Shown here piece by piece: positions 1 to 10,186 of a DNA stretch of 64,000 bases. Positions within the stretch are counted from its first letter, which is position 1, and each line of letters opens with the position of its first letter. Both the position numbers and the translations under genes were made by a program. The stretch lies in NCBI GenBank assembly GCA_028867025.1, contig JAGWHC010000002.1, positions 2,561 through 66,560 of the forward strand, read 5' to 3'. Source of the DNA: Candidatus Micrarchaeota archaeon. Its GTDB lineage: Archaea; Micrarchaeota; Micrarchaeia; Micrarchaeales; CABMGC01. The notes under the pieces are model-generated. The model was not told the DNA's origin. It searched no databases and saw only the letters and a program-made list of their open reading frames with translations.

Positions 1-1590
1 TACGGCGTTTACGTGAGCAGCGGAGAGAGCGACGTGTTCAGCGGCGGCGTCGCGAACAACAACACGAAGGCAGATGTCTACTGCACACCAGCGACCTACA
101 ACTCAACCACGAACCTCGCGCAGAGCTTCTCCTGCGGGCTCACCGATTGCACCTGGGCCTCGTCCTCGTGCAAGCAGACAGTCCCGCCTACGCTGTCTGT
201 GTACCCGCTCAGCGGCTGCAAGACGATAACAGCTCCGGGCAACTATACCCTGAACCAGAACATAATCACCTCAAGCAGCACCTGCTTCAACATACAGTCC
301 AACAACGTCGCGCTGAACTGCAAGTCACACTCAATAACGGGCGGGTTCTTCGGCAGCGCTTTCATACTGGCGAACAGGAGGAACGTGTCCATATCCAACT
401 GCGGCGTGTCCAAGTTCAACACAGCAGTCAATGTCACGAACACCACGCTGCTCAGCATAAGCCGCTTCACGATCAACAACACCAACCTCGGCGTCAAGCT
501 GTCGCATGCATCCGCCAGCACGATAAGCAGCACCAGAGTCAGGGGCCAGTCACTGCAGGCGTTCAACTTCAGCTACGTGAACACGAGCATAATAAGCTAC
601 AACCTCGCCATGAACGGGAACACCACGGGCTCGGGCTACTCCTTCGCCAACTCAGACCGCAACAACATCTTCTTCAACAACGCCACCTCCAATCCCTCGT
701 ACGGGTTCAGCTTCTACAACTCGGAAAACAACACTGTGTACAACAATAGCGCCTTCTCGAACGTGGGGAAGGATTACGTCTGCTCGGGAACCTCCGCAGG
801 CCTCTATTCCAACCCGATAAGCGTGGATGACGGCCTCTCGAAGTCGCAGTGCAGGTGGATCGTGGCGCTCAGCCCCCTGCTCACCGGCCCCTCGTGCCAG
901 GCTATATTCGCGCCCTCAATAGTCTCCTTCACCCGCGACCTGCTCTACACATCCGCATCCACGTGCTTCAGCATCTACACTACCACAGGCGCCAACGCCA
1001 CCTCAGCTAACAACACCGAGATAAACTGCAACGGCCACACGGCCTACGCGCCCAACGGCGGCACGTTCGCAAGCATATTCCGCTCCGCTAACGTCAAGGT
1101 GGACAACTGCCTCCTATGGAACTTCTCCACAGGCGTTCAGAGCAACGGACTGAGCACTGTAGTGTACAACAACACCTTCGCCGCGGGAGGCAACGCGGTG
1201 GTGCTGAACGGCGGCAGGTTCTCCAGCATATACCGCAACACTGTAGACAACAACACGAACGGCATGATAATAGGCAATGTCTCTCAGACAAACGTCTACA
1301 ACAACAACTTCTTCAACAACACGCTGAGCATAGCGTTCTACAACAGCACCTTCTCCAGCATAACCAACAACACCGCGCTGAACAGCGGCATAGGCATATT
1401 CCTCAGCGGCACAGACTCGACGACGCTGCACAGCAACCTGCTCGTCAATTCAAGCATCAGTGCCATCAAGTGCGCAGGCTCATCGATAAACGCGAGCAGC
1501 AAGAACGCCGATTACGGCGGCAACGTCTGCCAGAAGGGCAACACCACAACGAACTGCCAGTGGATAAAGAGCTCGACCTCTTGCGTCTAG
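1..1590 (+). CDS. Secreted parallel beta-helix repeat (PbH1/NosD-like) protein, C-terminal part; 5' end outside window
   Basis: The frame is open from base 1, and the GTG at 13 is only the first start listed in the ORF track. The translation shows periodic ~20-25-residue repeats of parallel beta-helix type (e.g. NNTFAAGGNAVVLNGGRFSSIYRNTVDNNTNGMIIGNVSQTNVYNNNFFNN). It also has dense N-x-S/T sequons and recurring Cys pairs, and ends CQWIKSSTSCV. Confidence 0.6.
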   Translation, partial: YGVYVSSGESDVFSGGVANNNTKADVYCTPATYNSTTNLAQSFSCGLTDCTWASSSCKQTVPPTLSVYPLSGCKTITAPGNYTLNQNIITSSSTCFNIQSNNVALNCKSHSITGGFFGSAFILANRRNVSISNCGVSKFNTAVNVTNTTLLSISRFTINNTNLGVKLSHASASTISSTRVRGQSLQAFNFSYVNTSIISYNLAMNGNTTGSGYSFANSDRNNIFFNNATSNPSYGFSFYNSENNTVYNNSAFSNVGKDYVCSGTSAGLYSNPISVDDGLSKSQCRWIVALSPLLTGPSCQAIFAPSIVSFTRDLLYTSASTCFSIYTTTGANATSANNTEINCNGHTAYAPNGGTFASIFRSANVKVDNCLLWNFSTGVQSNGLSTVVYNNTFAAGGNAVVLNGGRFSSIYRNTVDNNTNGMIIGNVSQTNVYNNNFFNNTLSIAFYNSTFSSITNNTALNSGIGIFLSGTDSTTLHSNLLVNSSISAIKCAGSSINASSKNADYGGNVCQKGNTTTNCQWIKSSTSCV

Positions 1591-1639
1591 CGCTCCGCCT
1601 CTACTCAGATTTATATACTTGAAAAAACATAACCGAGTT

Positions 1640-1945
1640 ATGGCGCAGCTTACAATCGCGGACGTCACGAACGCGCTTAAGAACACTGTGGACCCGGAGA
1701 TTGGCATAAACATAGTCGACCTTGGCCTTCTTTACAAGATAAGCATAGACGAACATAACGACATAAGCCTGACGCTCACAATGACGAGCCCGATGTGCCC
1801 TGTCACAAGCGTGATAATGGCCGACGTGCAGCTCAGGCTCGAGAACCTGCCGGAAGTGGGAAAGGTGGCCCTTGACCTTGTCTGGGAGCCCGCGTGGAGC
1901 CCCGAGATGATAAGCGAGGAGTTCAGGGTGGCGATGGGGGCCTAG
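1640..1945 (+). CDS. DUF59/MIP18-family Fe-S cluster assembly protein (SufT/PaaD-like)
   Basis: VDPEIGINIVDLGLLY followed by LTLTMTSPMCP is the typical DUF59 pattern. The ATG at 1640 is preferred over the TTG at 1619. Confidence 0.7.
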   Translation: MAQLTIADVTNALKNTVDPEIGINIVDLGLLYKISIDEHNDISLTLTMTSPMCPVTSVIMADVQLRLENLPEVGKVALDLVWEPAWSPEMISEEFRVAMGA

Positions 1946-1947
1946 GC

Positions 1948-2499
1948 CTACCGAACCATATCTTTTCCAAACCAAAGCTCAATTTCTTGCTTTGCTTTTT
2001 CTACAGAATCAGCCGCATGCACAAGATTTCTAACTTTTCTTTTCTCAGGGTTTGCTTTCTTGAATGAGTCGTCTGAGAGATCTCCTCGTATTGTGCCCTT
2101 TTCTGCACGGGACGGGTCTGTAGCGCCTACGGTTTTTCTAACGCGAGCTACAGCATCCTCGCCCTCGAGGACCATGGCTATGAGTTTCTTCCCTATTATG
2201 AATTCGCGTGTGAAGGCGATTATCTGTTCACCTATTTTCTTAGGATCTTCTGTGCCCCATAGCTTGATTACGCCTTCTGGAGTATATCCGTCTATTTTCA
2301 TTGATTCGATGGTCTTTTTCCCAGTACTTGTATACTGTTCATCTGTAGTACGATAGTGCTGCTCTGCCATCTCCCTTGTCGGAACCACCTCTTTTTCCGC
2401 TATTATTTTTAATCCTGTGGCTGTAAGACGTTTTTTAATCTCGTCCACCAATCCTCTCTGTATTGCATCATTATGAATCAAAACTAATGTTTGTTCCAT
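1948..2499 (-). CDS. ndk: Nucleoside diphosphate kinase (with extra internal segments)
   Basis: HNDAIQRGLVDEIKKRL, VGATDPSRAEKGTIRGDL and active-site NLVHAADS match the NDK pattern (QRGLVGEII / GATxP / TIRGDF / NxxHGSDS). It is 183 aa versus about 150 aa for typical NDKs. Confidence 0.8.
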   Translation of the reverse strand: MEQTLVLIHNDAIQRGLVDEIKKRLTATGLKIIAEKEVVPTREMAEQHYRTTDEQYTSTGKKTIESMKIDGYTPEGVIKLWGTEDPKKIGEQIIAFTREFIIGKKLIAMVLEGEDAVARVRKTVGATDPSRAEKGTIRGDLSDDSFKKANPEKRKVRNLVHAADSVEKAKQEIELWFGKDMVR

Positions 2500-2584
2500 T
2501 TCAGCACCAAAAAACCAGTCAAGACTTCTTTTTATATCCTGATATGCTTAATATCTTTATAGCTTGCTGCTTTTGGTGACGCCG

Positions 2585-4333
2585 ATGATACGCCAGCCGA
2601 TAATAGTAGTGATGGGCCACGTTGACCACGGCAAAACCAGCCTGCTCGACAGGATAAGGAGCAGCACGATCGCCAGCAGGGAGGCCGGAGGGATAACGCA
2701 GCACATCGGCGCGAGCGAGGTGCCGCTCAAAGTCATCGAGGATGTTGCCGGACCTGTGCTGAAGCAGTTCGGAGCCAAGATAACCATACCTGGCCTGCTC
2801 TTCATCGACACGCCGGGGCACGAGGCGTTCACAAATCTTCGGAAACGCGGCGGAGCAGTGTCGGACTTAGCCATACTCGTTGTCGACGTTTCCAAGAGCT
2901 TCGAGCCGCAGACCTACGAGGCTCTTGACATACTCAAGGAGTACAAGACGCCGTTCGTACTCGCCGCGAACAAGATAGACCTAATCACGGGCTGGCGCGC
3001 CCAGAAGACGAGCAGCTTCGTCGAGTCTGTAGCTAAGCAGGAGAAAAGCGTCGCAGACGCGCTCGAGGCAAAAATCTACGAGCTGGTGGGCAGGCTGAGC
3101 GAAGCCGGATTCTCGAGCGAGCGCTTCGACAGGATAAAGGACTTCAGGAAGGAGGTTGCGATACTGCCTGTCAGTGCCAAAACGGGCGAGGGCATAGCGG
3201 AACTGCTGGTCTTCACCGCTGGCATAGCGCAGAAGTTCCTCGAAGCCAGGCTAAACATCGAAGTCAAGGGACCCGGCAAGGGCAGCGTGCTTGAGAAGAA
3301 GGAGGAGAAGGGCCTCGGGACAACGATTGACGTCATACTGTACAGCGGCACGCTCAAGGTCAACGACACTGTCGCTTTCGGAACGCCAACTGGCGTGGCC
3401 AAAGCCAAGATAAGGGCGCTGCTCAAGCCCAAGGCGCTGCAGGAGATGCGCGAGAGCAGCAGCAAGTTCTACTATGTCGATTCGGTATCTGCCGCTTCAG
3501 GAGTCAAGGTAAGCGGGGTCGGATTCGAGGACGCGCTGCCCGGCTCGCTGCTTCTCTCCACCGAAGACAAGAACTACGAGAAGGAGATAGCCACTGAGAT
3601 GAAGGACGTTTTCGCCACGGAGCAGAGCGGCATAATACTCAAGTCTGACACGATAGGCAGTCTCGAGGCGCTTTCCAGGCTTCTGGGCAACGAGGGCGTG
3701 AAGATAAGCAAGAAGGGGATAGGCAACGTCAGCAAGCGCGACGTGCTCGACGCGTTCGCGATGCGCGCGATAGACCCCTACAGCGCAGTTGTGCTCGCAT
3801 TCAACGTCTCCGCTGACTCTGACGCGCAGACAGAGAGCGAGGCCGCCAACGTGAAGATAATTGGCGAGAACATAATATACAAGATAATCGACGACTACAA
3901 GGAGTGGCTAGAGAACCAGAAGAAGCGCGAGAGGGAAGATGCGACCAAGTCGATAACTTTCCCGTGCATAGTGAAGATACTGCCGAATACCGCCTTCCGC
4001 ATATCGCATCCGGCGATCTTCGGCGTAGACGTCGTCGCTGGCAGGCTTAAGTCATCGGTGCTGCTGATGAACCAGCAGGGCGGCGTAATAGGCAGGGTGC
4101 GCGAGCTGCAGAACAACGGCATGGCGGTCACGGAAGCGAAGAAGGGCGAGAGCGTGGCGATATCGATTGACGGCATAACCTTCGGCCGCCAGGTTAAGGA
4201 CAACGACGTCCTATACGCGCACATCAACGACGAGGAGGAGCAATTGCTGAGATCGAAGTTCAGCTACCTGCTCAACGACGAGGAAAAGGAGCTGCTCAAC
4301 GAGATATCTGTGATAAAGCGTAGCGGCAAGTGA
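2585..4333 (+). CDS. infB: Translation initiation factor aIF5B (IF-2 family GTPase)
   Basis: G-domain motifs GHVDHGKT, DTPGHEAF and NKID are present. The ATG at 2585 directly precedes the conserved RQPIIVVMGHVDHGKT N-terminus; the TTG at 2564 is an alternative start. Confidence 0.9.
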   Translation: MIRQPIIVVMGHVDHGKTSLLDRIRSSTIASREAGGITQHIGASEVPLKVIEDVAGPVLKQFGAKITIPGLLFIDTPGHEAFTNLRKRGGAVSDLAILVVDVSKSFEPQTYEALDILKEYKTPFVLAANKIDLITGWRAQKTSSFVESVAKQEKSVADALEAKIYELVGRLSEAGFSSERFDRIKDFRKEVAILPVSAKTGEGIAELLVFTAGIAQKFLEARLNIEVKGPGKGSVLEKKEEKGLGTTIDVILYSGTLKVNDTVAFGTPTGVAKAKIRALLKPKALQEMRESSSKFYYVDSVSAASGVKVSGVGFEDALPGSLLLSTEDKNYEKEIATEMKDVFATEQSGIILKSDTIGSLEALSRLLGNEGVKISKKGIGNVSKRDVLDAFAMRAIDPYSAVVLAFNVSADSDAQTESEAANVKIIGENIIYKIIDDYKEWLENQKKREREDATKSITFPCIVKILPNTAFRISHPAIFGVDVVAGRLKSSVLLMNQQGGVIGRVRELQNNGMAVTEAKKGESVAISIDGITFGRQVKDNDVLYAHINDEEEQLLRSKFSYLLNDEEKELLNEISVIKRSGK

Positions 4334-4338
4334 AGTGA

Positions 4339-5385
4339 TTACGCCTTTCTTGTTTCCTCCTCTGAGGTCCACTTCAGCACGTTGTACTCCTTGCTGTCGT
4401 CAACGCTCCTTATCGGCATGTCTCCGAGTATGACATCGGCGAGTTCCCTGTGGTATATCCTTGCCAGGTGCCTCTTCAGCATCTCCTTGTACGCCGCGAC
4501 GAACTTCCTCTTTCCCACCTCCGCGTTATCGAAGACGCCCACATCGAAGAAGTCGTAAGTGCCTATGAGCTGCGCGATTATCGGGTATCTCGCGAATGCG
4601 GTAAGCTCCTCGTCGCTTCTGAATACCCTCCTTATCTTCGACGCGTCAGACTCGAAGTTCTCGGCGAGCGCGTACTTGCCGAAGATTGCGACAATGCTGA
4701 CCTCTTTCGGGGGCCTGCAGACAAGGGTGAACTTCTTTATGTAGCCGAGCTTGAGCAGCTTGCCGAAGTTGTACGCCACTGTGTTGAAGTGCATTCCCAT
4801 CGCCTTGGACATCTGCTGGAATGATATCCTGGAGTTCGAGTTCAGGAGTTTCAGCATGGACTTGTACTTGTCTGCTATCTCGAGCCTGTCTATGATCTCG
4901 TTCCTCAGAGGGAAGAAGCCGAGCTGCTTGTGCGCGACCTCCGATGATTCCCACAGGACCTTGTATTTTGCCAGTTCGCTCTGCGTGGTCTTGTCCCATC
5001 TCGTGTATTCCGAGTGCGATACGGAGTTGGCGTATATGTATATCTCGCGCTCGCCGTTCGCCCTCACAGCGAGCTGCGGTATGTACGACCTGTTAAGCAC
5101 CTTTGCAATTTCATCGTAGTCCGGCTCCTCCCGGAATCTCACCACAACCATGTGCGGGTTAGGTATGCGCAGCACTTCCTCGTTGAGCTCCAGGGTGTAG
5201 CGCACTCCCAGTTCCTTCTCTATCCTCTCTATCCTTTCCTTGGCGGTTCTTCGCGAAACGCCCACCTGCTTAGCTATCGCTGTAACCGGCATGCGCGAGT
5301 CCTCGGAGAGCAGGCGCAGTATCTTCCTGCTCAGCGGGCTGTACTTCTCGTTGAATGCGCTCTTGAAATCAGCGTAGTCCTCCAT
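4339..5385 (-). CDS. Lrp/AsnC-like transcription regulator with two winged-HTH modules
   Basis: Two HTH_AsnC-like segments are present: LSRKILRLLSEDSRMPVTAIAKQVGVSRRTAKERIERIEKE, and YKSMLKLLNSNSRISFQQMSKAMGMHFNTVAYNFGKLLKLGYI. The gene is divergent from the transporter gene across an AT-rich spacer containing ATATTTAAAAG. Confidence 0.6.
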   Translation of the reverse strand: MEDYADFKSAFNEKYSPLSRKILRLLSEDSRMPVTAIAKQVGVSRRTAKERIERIEKELGVRYTLELNEEVLRIPNPHMVVVRFREEPDYDEIAKVLNRSYIPQLAVRANGEREIYIYANSVSHSEYTRWDKTTQSELAKYKVLWESSEVAHKQLGFFPLRNEIIDRLEIADKYKSMLKLLNSNSRISFQQMSKAMGMHFNTVAYNFGKLLKLGYIKKFTLVCRPPKEVSIVAIFGKYALAENFESDASKIRRVFRSDEELTAFARYPIIAQLIGTYDFFDVGVFDNAEVGKRKFVAAYKEMLKRHLARIYHRELADVILGDMPIRSVDDSKEYNVLKWTSEEETRKA

Positions 5386-5498
5386 GATAGTCTTGCTGAG
5401 GAGTAAAGATATTTAAAAGTATCAAAATAACAAGCCGAGTTGATAGTTTTTGAAAAATTCATTTGGTATTAAAAGGGTTGAATTCCAACCTAACAAAC

Positions 5499-6758
5499 AT
5501 GGACATAAAACTGAAGGCGCAGGTTTTCGTTGCGATAACGATAGTCACCGGTTCTCTGATTCCCATACTTGTAGAGGCGGCGAACACAACCAACATGTAT
5601 GGCTTCTTCATGCTCACCGCATTCATATCCGCGATTACCGGCTTCGCATTCATGTTTGCGACAAACAGAACAGAGAAGCTGGTTGATGTGGTGCGCGACC
5701 GAAGGATGCTCGCGCTCGCCGTATTGATCGGCCTGCTCGTTTTCCTGCCAATAGAGTTCGGCATAGCCTACGCCGAGAAGTTCGTGAGCGCGTCACTTGC
5801 CACCGTTCTATTCAGGACCTCGCCGCTGCTGATGCTCCCGCTTCTTCCCCTGCTGCTGAGGGAGAAGCTCACCAAGTACCAGGTCACCGCCCTCGGACTC
5901 GCATTCGTCGGTATATATGTGGGCGCAACTGGCGGCACTCTGACAAGCGTATTCCTCAATGCGAATCTCTTCGCCGTGGTGCTGCTGATAGCCATCGCCT
6001 TCATCTATGCGCTTTCCACAGTGCTAATAAAGAAGTACATAATAGACATGGGGGCGCTGCTCACTATAGCAGCTGTGGCGCTTTCCGCGCTGTTTGCAGC
6101 GCTATACCTGGCTAGCGGCGCCGGAGCCATAAGTCTCGGCATGCCTGTCGTGCTCTCTATTCTCTTCCTCGGCGTTGGATCAAACTTCGTGTTCTACTAC
6201 ATGTACTTCGTCGGGCTGAGGATACTGAAGACGACATTCGTTACGAATCTCATCTCCCTCTCGCCGTTCCTTACCTTCCTTTTCGCGAACGTGTTTCTCG
6301 GAGAGCAGATAGCCCCGTACTACATCGCAATAGCTGTGCTTGTGGGAATAGGTATCATTGTCCAGCACCTTGACAAGGTGGGTGGCACGTATCTTGCAAG
6401 GAAATCGCATGGCATCAGGAACTTCGTGATATTCGACGTGAGCGGCGCCTTCGCCAACACAGGAGAGGTTGCCATATCTAACGCCCTCAAGAGCGGCGCG
6501 CGTGTCATGGCTGTAAAGCTTCCTGCAAGACACAAGAAAAACATAGCGAGAAGGGTGGCGGAGGGCGGGCACGCAAACGTCTTCACGAGCGAGCACAGGT
6601 CAATAGTGGATGAGGCCAATTTCGTCAGGGACATAACAGGAGCGGGACGGGAGGACATGGTGCTCATGAAGGTTGGCAGCTTTGACGAGGGCGAGGCGTT
6701 CTTCAGCGGCATGTCTGACCTTATAAGCGAGGAGCCGCTCGAGAGAAAAGTAGCATAA
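5499..6758 (+). CDS. EamA/DMT-family transporter with ~130-aa C-terminal soluble extension
   Basis: About ten hydrophobic helices form two EamA-like halves, followed by a non-hydrophobic tail (RKSHGIRNFVIFDVSGAF...). The ATG at 5499 is preferred over the TTG at 5463. Confidence 0.6.
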   Translation: MDIKLKAQVFVAITIVTGSLIPILVEAANTTNMYGFFMLTAFISAITGFAFMFATNRTEKLVDVVRDRRMLALAVLIGLLVFLPIEFGIAYAEKFVSASLATVLFRTSPLLMLPLLPLLLREKLTKYQVTALGLAFVGIYVGATGGTLTSVFLNANLFAVVLLIAIAFIYALSTVLIKKYIIDMGALLTIAAVALSALFAALYLASGAGAISLGMPVVLSILFLGVGSNFVFYYMYFVGLRILKTTFVTNLISLSPFLTFLFANVFLGEQIAPYYIAIAVLVGIGIIVQHLDKVGGTYLARKSHGIRNFVIFDVSGAFANTGEVAISNALKSGARVMAVKLPARHKKNIARRVAEGGHANVFTSEHRSIVDEANFVRDITGAGREDMVLMKVGSFDEGEAFFSGMSDLISEEPLERKVA

Positions 6759-6882
6759 TAACAATAACTTTTGTTGCTTATGCAAAAAAGAAAAGGCTAT
6801 TTAAATCAGATGATGCATAGTATATCCGTGGATTTCGGTTAGCAAATCTTTTTTGTTTAACTAAATCCCACCCACCCATAAA

Positions 6883-6908
6883 AGAGATGCGCCGCAAGGC
6901 GTGTCTCT
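6883..6908. terminator. Hairpin between convergent genes (possible bidirectional terminator)
   Basis: AGAGATGCGCC-GCAA-GGCGTGTCTCT forms an 11-bp stem (two G-U pairs as RNA) with a GCAA loop. It is flanked by A-run and T-run sequence and lies just downstream of the gatE stop. Confidence 0.4.
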
Positions 6909-6912
6909 TTTC

Positions 6913-8751
6913 CTATTTCAATAGATTGTTGAGATCCTCAGCGTCAACGTTGAGCCTGTGCCTGCTCATTATCTGCCTGACAATCTCCTCCTTACCCTTG
7001 CCCCTTCCGGCTTCGCGAACTAGCTTCTCAAGCTCTTTTCCGCCTATCCTCTCCAGCTTGCCCGCCTTTATCGCCTTCTCCACGGCTTTCCCATCTGTGG
7101 GCGCCTGCTTCAGTATCTCCTCTATCGCAGCCTTAGTTATCCTGCCTTTTGCGTACTCGCCGAATATCATGAGCATTGCTTCGTCGCCTATGCTGTCGAT
7201 ATCCTTGCCCATCCTCCTTATCTGCGTCATCTTGTCCAGCAGCACTGGGGCCACCACGCTTCCCTTCACCTTTGTCTTCTCGACTATCTTCATGAAAAGG
7301 CCGAGGTACGGTGACCACAGCATCTGTTCCTCGAGCTGCTCGTTCTTTATCTCGCGCCTGAGCATGCCGGTGATCCTCTCCACATCCACCGCCAGCTTCT
7401 TCGCGACCTCGTATGCCTCATGATCCAGGGGTATAGGTCTCACATCAGTTTCCGGATACATCCTGGCGCCCCCGGGCAGCGGCCTGAGGAATGTGGTTAT
7501 CAGCATCTTGGAGTCCACCCCGCGCGTCTCGTTCGGCACCGCAAGCGCTGCCTGCTGTGCCCTTGTGTTTGCGAATGCGAGCGCGCTCTCGCAAGCTTCC
7601 TTGTCTCCAGCTACAAGTATGAAAGCGTCCTTTTCCTTCATTCCAAGAAGGCGTTTCAGCTCCCCCATCTCGCCCTCGGTGAATCCGTATCCCGCAAGGT
7701 TCTCGTCGCTGTGTATGAGCCCGCCGACTCCCGCCAGCTTCGCGTAGTCGCTGATTTCGCTGCCCAGCCTCCTGCCAGGGTTGATCTCGCGGCCCAGAAT
7801 GCCGGCGTAGCCCTGCAGCCTTGAAGCCATCACCACGCCGCTCACGTCCTCCAGCACCCTCCTGAGCACCTTCACGTTGGTCTCTCCGAACACGCTAGTG
7901 ACGTCTATCGGCTGGTGCACCCTTGCATCGCGCTTCTGCAGCTCCTTCTTTATCTCTATCAGGTTGACCTGCCTCCGCACCTCGTTCTCAATTATCTTGT
8001 CCATGGTCTCCAGGTCCTGGAAACCCTTTATCTCCACCCGCGCGCCCTCCCTTATCGATACGTTTACGTCCTGCCTTATCGAACCGATGCCCCGCTGCAC
8101 CCGCCCTGTGAGCCTGAGCAGCAGCCCGATCCTTCTCGCCACCTCCTTTGCCTCCTCCGGAGTGCGTATCTCCGGCTCCGTGTCTATCTCAACAAGCGGT
8201 ATTGCCAGCCTGTCCACGTTGTAGATCACCATGTTGCTGTCGCTGTGCTCTATTCCGCTCGATTCCTCCTCGAGGAATATCGAGGTGACACCTATCTGCC
8301 TATCGGCGAACTCCATGTAGCCGCCATGCCCGACCAGAAGCGTCCTTTGGAACGCGCTCGGGTCGCTGCCGTCTACCACCTCCTTCCTCATCGGCTCGAA
8401 CTCGGCCGGCACCCAGGCGTTGAACGACGCAACTATCTGCATCGCTGCGGACAGCGCCTCCCCGTTCATCTCGTGCGGCGGTTCCTCGTCCACATCCACC
8501 AGGCATGTTGTCTTCCTGAAAGCATTGTACACGAATTTCCTTCCGCGCTGCGTTTCAAACGCCGCTGACAGGTCTATCCTTCCGAGCTCGCCAGCGACCG
8601 CGCGCTGCCTCCTGTCTATCTCCGCGATGGAAACATCATTGGGCAGCTGGGCGTCGCATGAGCAGAAGAGCTTGTGCTCCGTGGCGAGCCTCTGATGTAT
8701 CTCTAGTCCGCACATGAATCCAAGCTTCTTGTAATCAAGGTCTACAGCCAT
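6913..8751 (-). CDS. gatE: Glutamyl-tRNA(Gln) amidotransferase subunit E
   Basis: The N-terminus YKKLGFMCGLEIHQRLATEHKLFCSC is typical of GatE. The protein is 612 aa and the gene lies 7 nt downstream of gatD on the same strand. Confidence 0.9.
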   Translation of the reverse strand: MAVDLDYKKLGFMCGLEIHQRLATEHKLFCSCDAQLPNDVSIAEIDRRQRAVAGELGRIDLSAAFETQRGRKFVYNAFRKTTCLVDVDEEPPHEMNGEALSAAMQIVASFNAWVPAEFEPMRKEVVDGSDPSAFQRTLLVGHGGYMEFADRQIGVTSIFLEEESSGIEHSDSNMVIYNVDRLAIPLVEIDTEPEIRTPEEAKEVARRIGLLLRLTGRVQRGIGSIRQDVNVSIREGARVEIKGFQDLETMDKIIENEVRRQVNLIEIKKELQKRDARVHQPIDVTSVFGETNVKVLRRVLEDVSGVVMASRLQGYAGILGREINPGRRLGSEISDYAKLAGVGGLIHSDENLAGYGFTEGEMGELKRLLGMKEKDAFILVAGDKEACESALAFANTRAQQAALAVPNETRGVDSKMLITTFLRPLPGGARMYPETDVRPIPLDHEAYEVAKKLAVDVERITGMLRREIKNEQLEEQMLWSPYLGLFMKIVEKTKVKGSVVAPVLLDKMTQIRRMGKDIDSIGDEAMLMIFGEYAKGRITKAAIEEILKQAPTDGKAVEKAIKAGKLERIGGKELEKLVREAGRGKGKEEIVRQIMSRHRLNVDAEDLNNLLK

Positions 8752-8758
8752 ACGAACA

Positions 8759-10084
8759 CTAGAAGAAATCTATCTCAGTCCGCTCTGTTATCTCGCCCGC
8801 GATGTTCTTGCTGAGCATCCTGGCCGCATCGCCCCTCTTGTGGTTGCCGAGCAGCCAGCCAAGCTTCACGAGCGCCGTCTCGGGCATCATGTCCTCGCAG
8901 TATATCGCTCCTGTTCCGGAGATAAGCCTCAGGTTCCTGTAAACGTTGCCGTTCACCCTGCCGTTGAGGCACTGCGAGGTTACGCCCACCACCATTCCAG
9001 ATTCAACCGCGCGCTTTATGTGCCCGAGCCACGAGTACTTCTCGTCCGCGGGCGAGACGGCGACGTGGCCCATGCCAGTGCCTTCAATTATAATTCCCTT
9101 GTAGCCCTTGCCTATATAGTAGTCTATTATGTCAGGGTCGGAATTCGGATAGAACTTGAGCAGCGCAACCCTGGGCTCGTATCCGGCTACCACGCGGAGC
9201 TTTCTGTCCTCGCCTCTTCTCCTTCTTTCATCGTCAATGTAGTCGATTGCTCCGTTCGGGCTGATTCGCGCAATAGGCCTGTTGTTTATCGGCCTGAAGG
9301 CGTCCCGTTTCGTCGTGTGCATCTTCCTGACCTTCGTCCCTCGTATGAAGTTGCAGAAACCGTCCGAAGAACTCGCGTGCATGCATATTCCGACCTCGGC
9401 AACATTCCCCTTCGCAGCGAGGTGTGCCGAGCAGAGCAGGTTCATGAAAGCGTCGCTCGAGCCCCTGTCCACGCTCCTCTGCGCCCCTGTTATCACCACT
9501 GGGCCGGTGAGCCCGTCAAGCATGAAGCTGAGCGCAGCTGCAGTGTAGTGCATCGTGTCCGTCCCGTGGGTAACTATCACTCCGTGCGAGTCCGACAGCG
9601 CTTTCGCAACCGCCCTCGCTATCTCCTGCCAGTTCTGATAGAGCATGTCCTCGCTCGCGATGCGCATCGGGCTTACTACCTTGAAATTTGCAATCTCAAG
9701 TATCTCGGGCACCTGTGCGAGCATCTCCTCAGGCTCGACAAGCATGTGCACTCCGCCGGTTATGTAATCTACTTTGCTTTCAATCGTGCCACCTGTTGAG
9801 ACTATGGTCACGTTCGGCAGCCCCTCCCTCTTTTCCAGTTTCACTCTCGGAAACGTGAATGTCTCCTTCGCATGCTCCAGCTTCTCCAGCTTGGTTCCCA
9901 CCCCGGGCTTCAGGCCAATGTTGTAGCCGTTTTTCAGCTTTAGCACGAGCGCGCCCTGGTCGCCGAATTCGGGTCTCGGGAGCAGTATGCCCTCGAACGT
10001 CTTCTTGTTGAGCACGACCCTTATCATGTCGCCAGGGGTGATTCCCTTCTTGCGTAGCAGGGCTTCCACTTCCCTAGAATACAT
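8759..10084 (-). CDS. gatD: Glutamyl-tRNA(Gln) amidotransferase subunit D (asparaginase-like)
   Basis: Asparaginase-type motifs VSTGGTIESKVDY and VIVTHGTDTMHYTAAAL are present, and the gene is in an operon with gatE. Confidence 0.9.
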   Translation of the reverse strand: MYSREVEALLRKKGITPGDMIRVVLNKKTFEGILLPRPEFGDQGALVLKLKNGYNIGLKPGVGTKLEKLEHAKETFTFPRVKLEKREGLPNVTIVSTGGTIESKVDYITGGVHMLVEPEEMLAQVPEILEIANFKVVSPMRIASEDMLYQNWQEIARAVAKALSDSHGVIVTHGTDTMHYTAAALSFMLDGLTGPVVITGAQRSVDRGSSDAFMNLLCSAHLAAKGNVAEVGICMHASSSDGFCNFIRGTKVRKMHTTKRDAFRPINNRPIARISPNGAIDYIDDERRRRGEDRKLRVVAGYEPRVALLKFYPNSDPDIIDYYIGKGYKGIIIEGTGMGHVAVSPADEKYSWLGHIKRAVESGMVVGVTSQCLNGRVNGNVYRNLRLISGTGAIYCEDMMPETALVKLGWLLGNHKRGDAARMLSKNIAGEITERTEIDFF

Positions 10085-10186
10085 GTTGCAGAATTGGCTT
10101 CGCTATTTTAAATGCCTTTTGCAGACTCGCCTGAGATGTGTTTTTATATCTTCACTGAGCAAAGCATTTGCAAACAGTGAGTCACA

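Noticed and set aside
147-1622. Gln/His/Arg-rich ORFs (147..749, 1116..1622) in alternative frames of the beta-helix gene.
   Set aside because: They are low-complexity translations that arise from reading AAC/AGC-rich repeat DNA out of frame. The frame-1 product has a coherent repeat architecture.
1948-2499. NDK with two extra internal segments (183 aa).
   Set aside because: As I recall, insert-bearing NDKs are already known in some archaea, for example Pyrobaculum. The catalytic His region is intact, so this is not novel enough for a finding.
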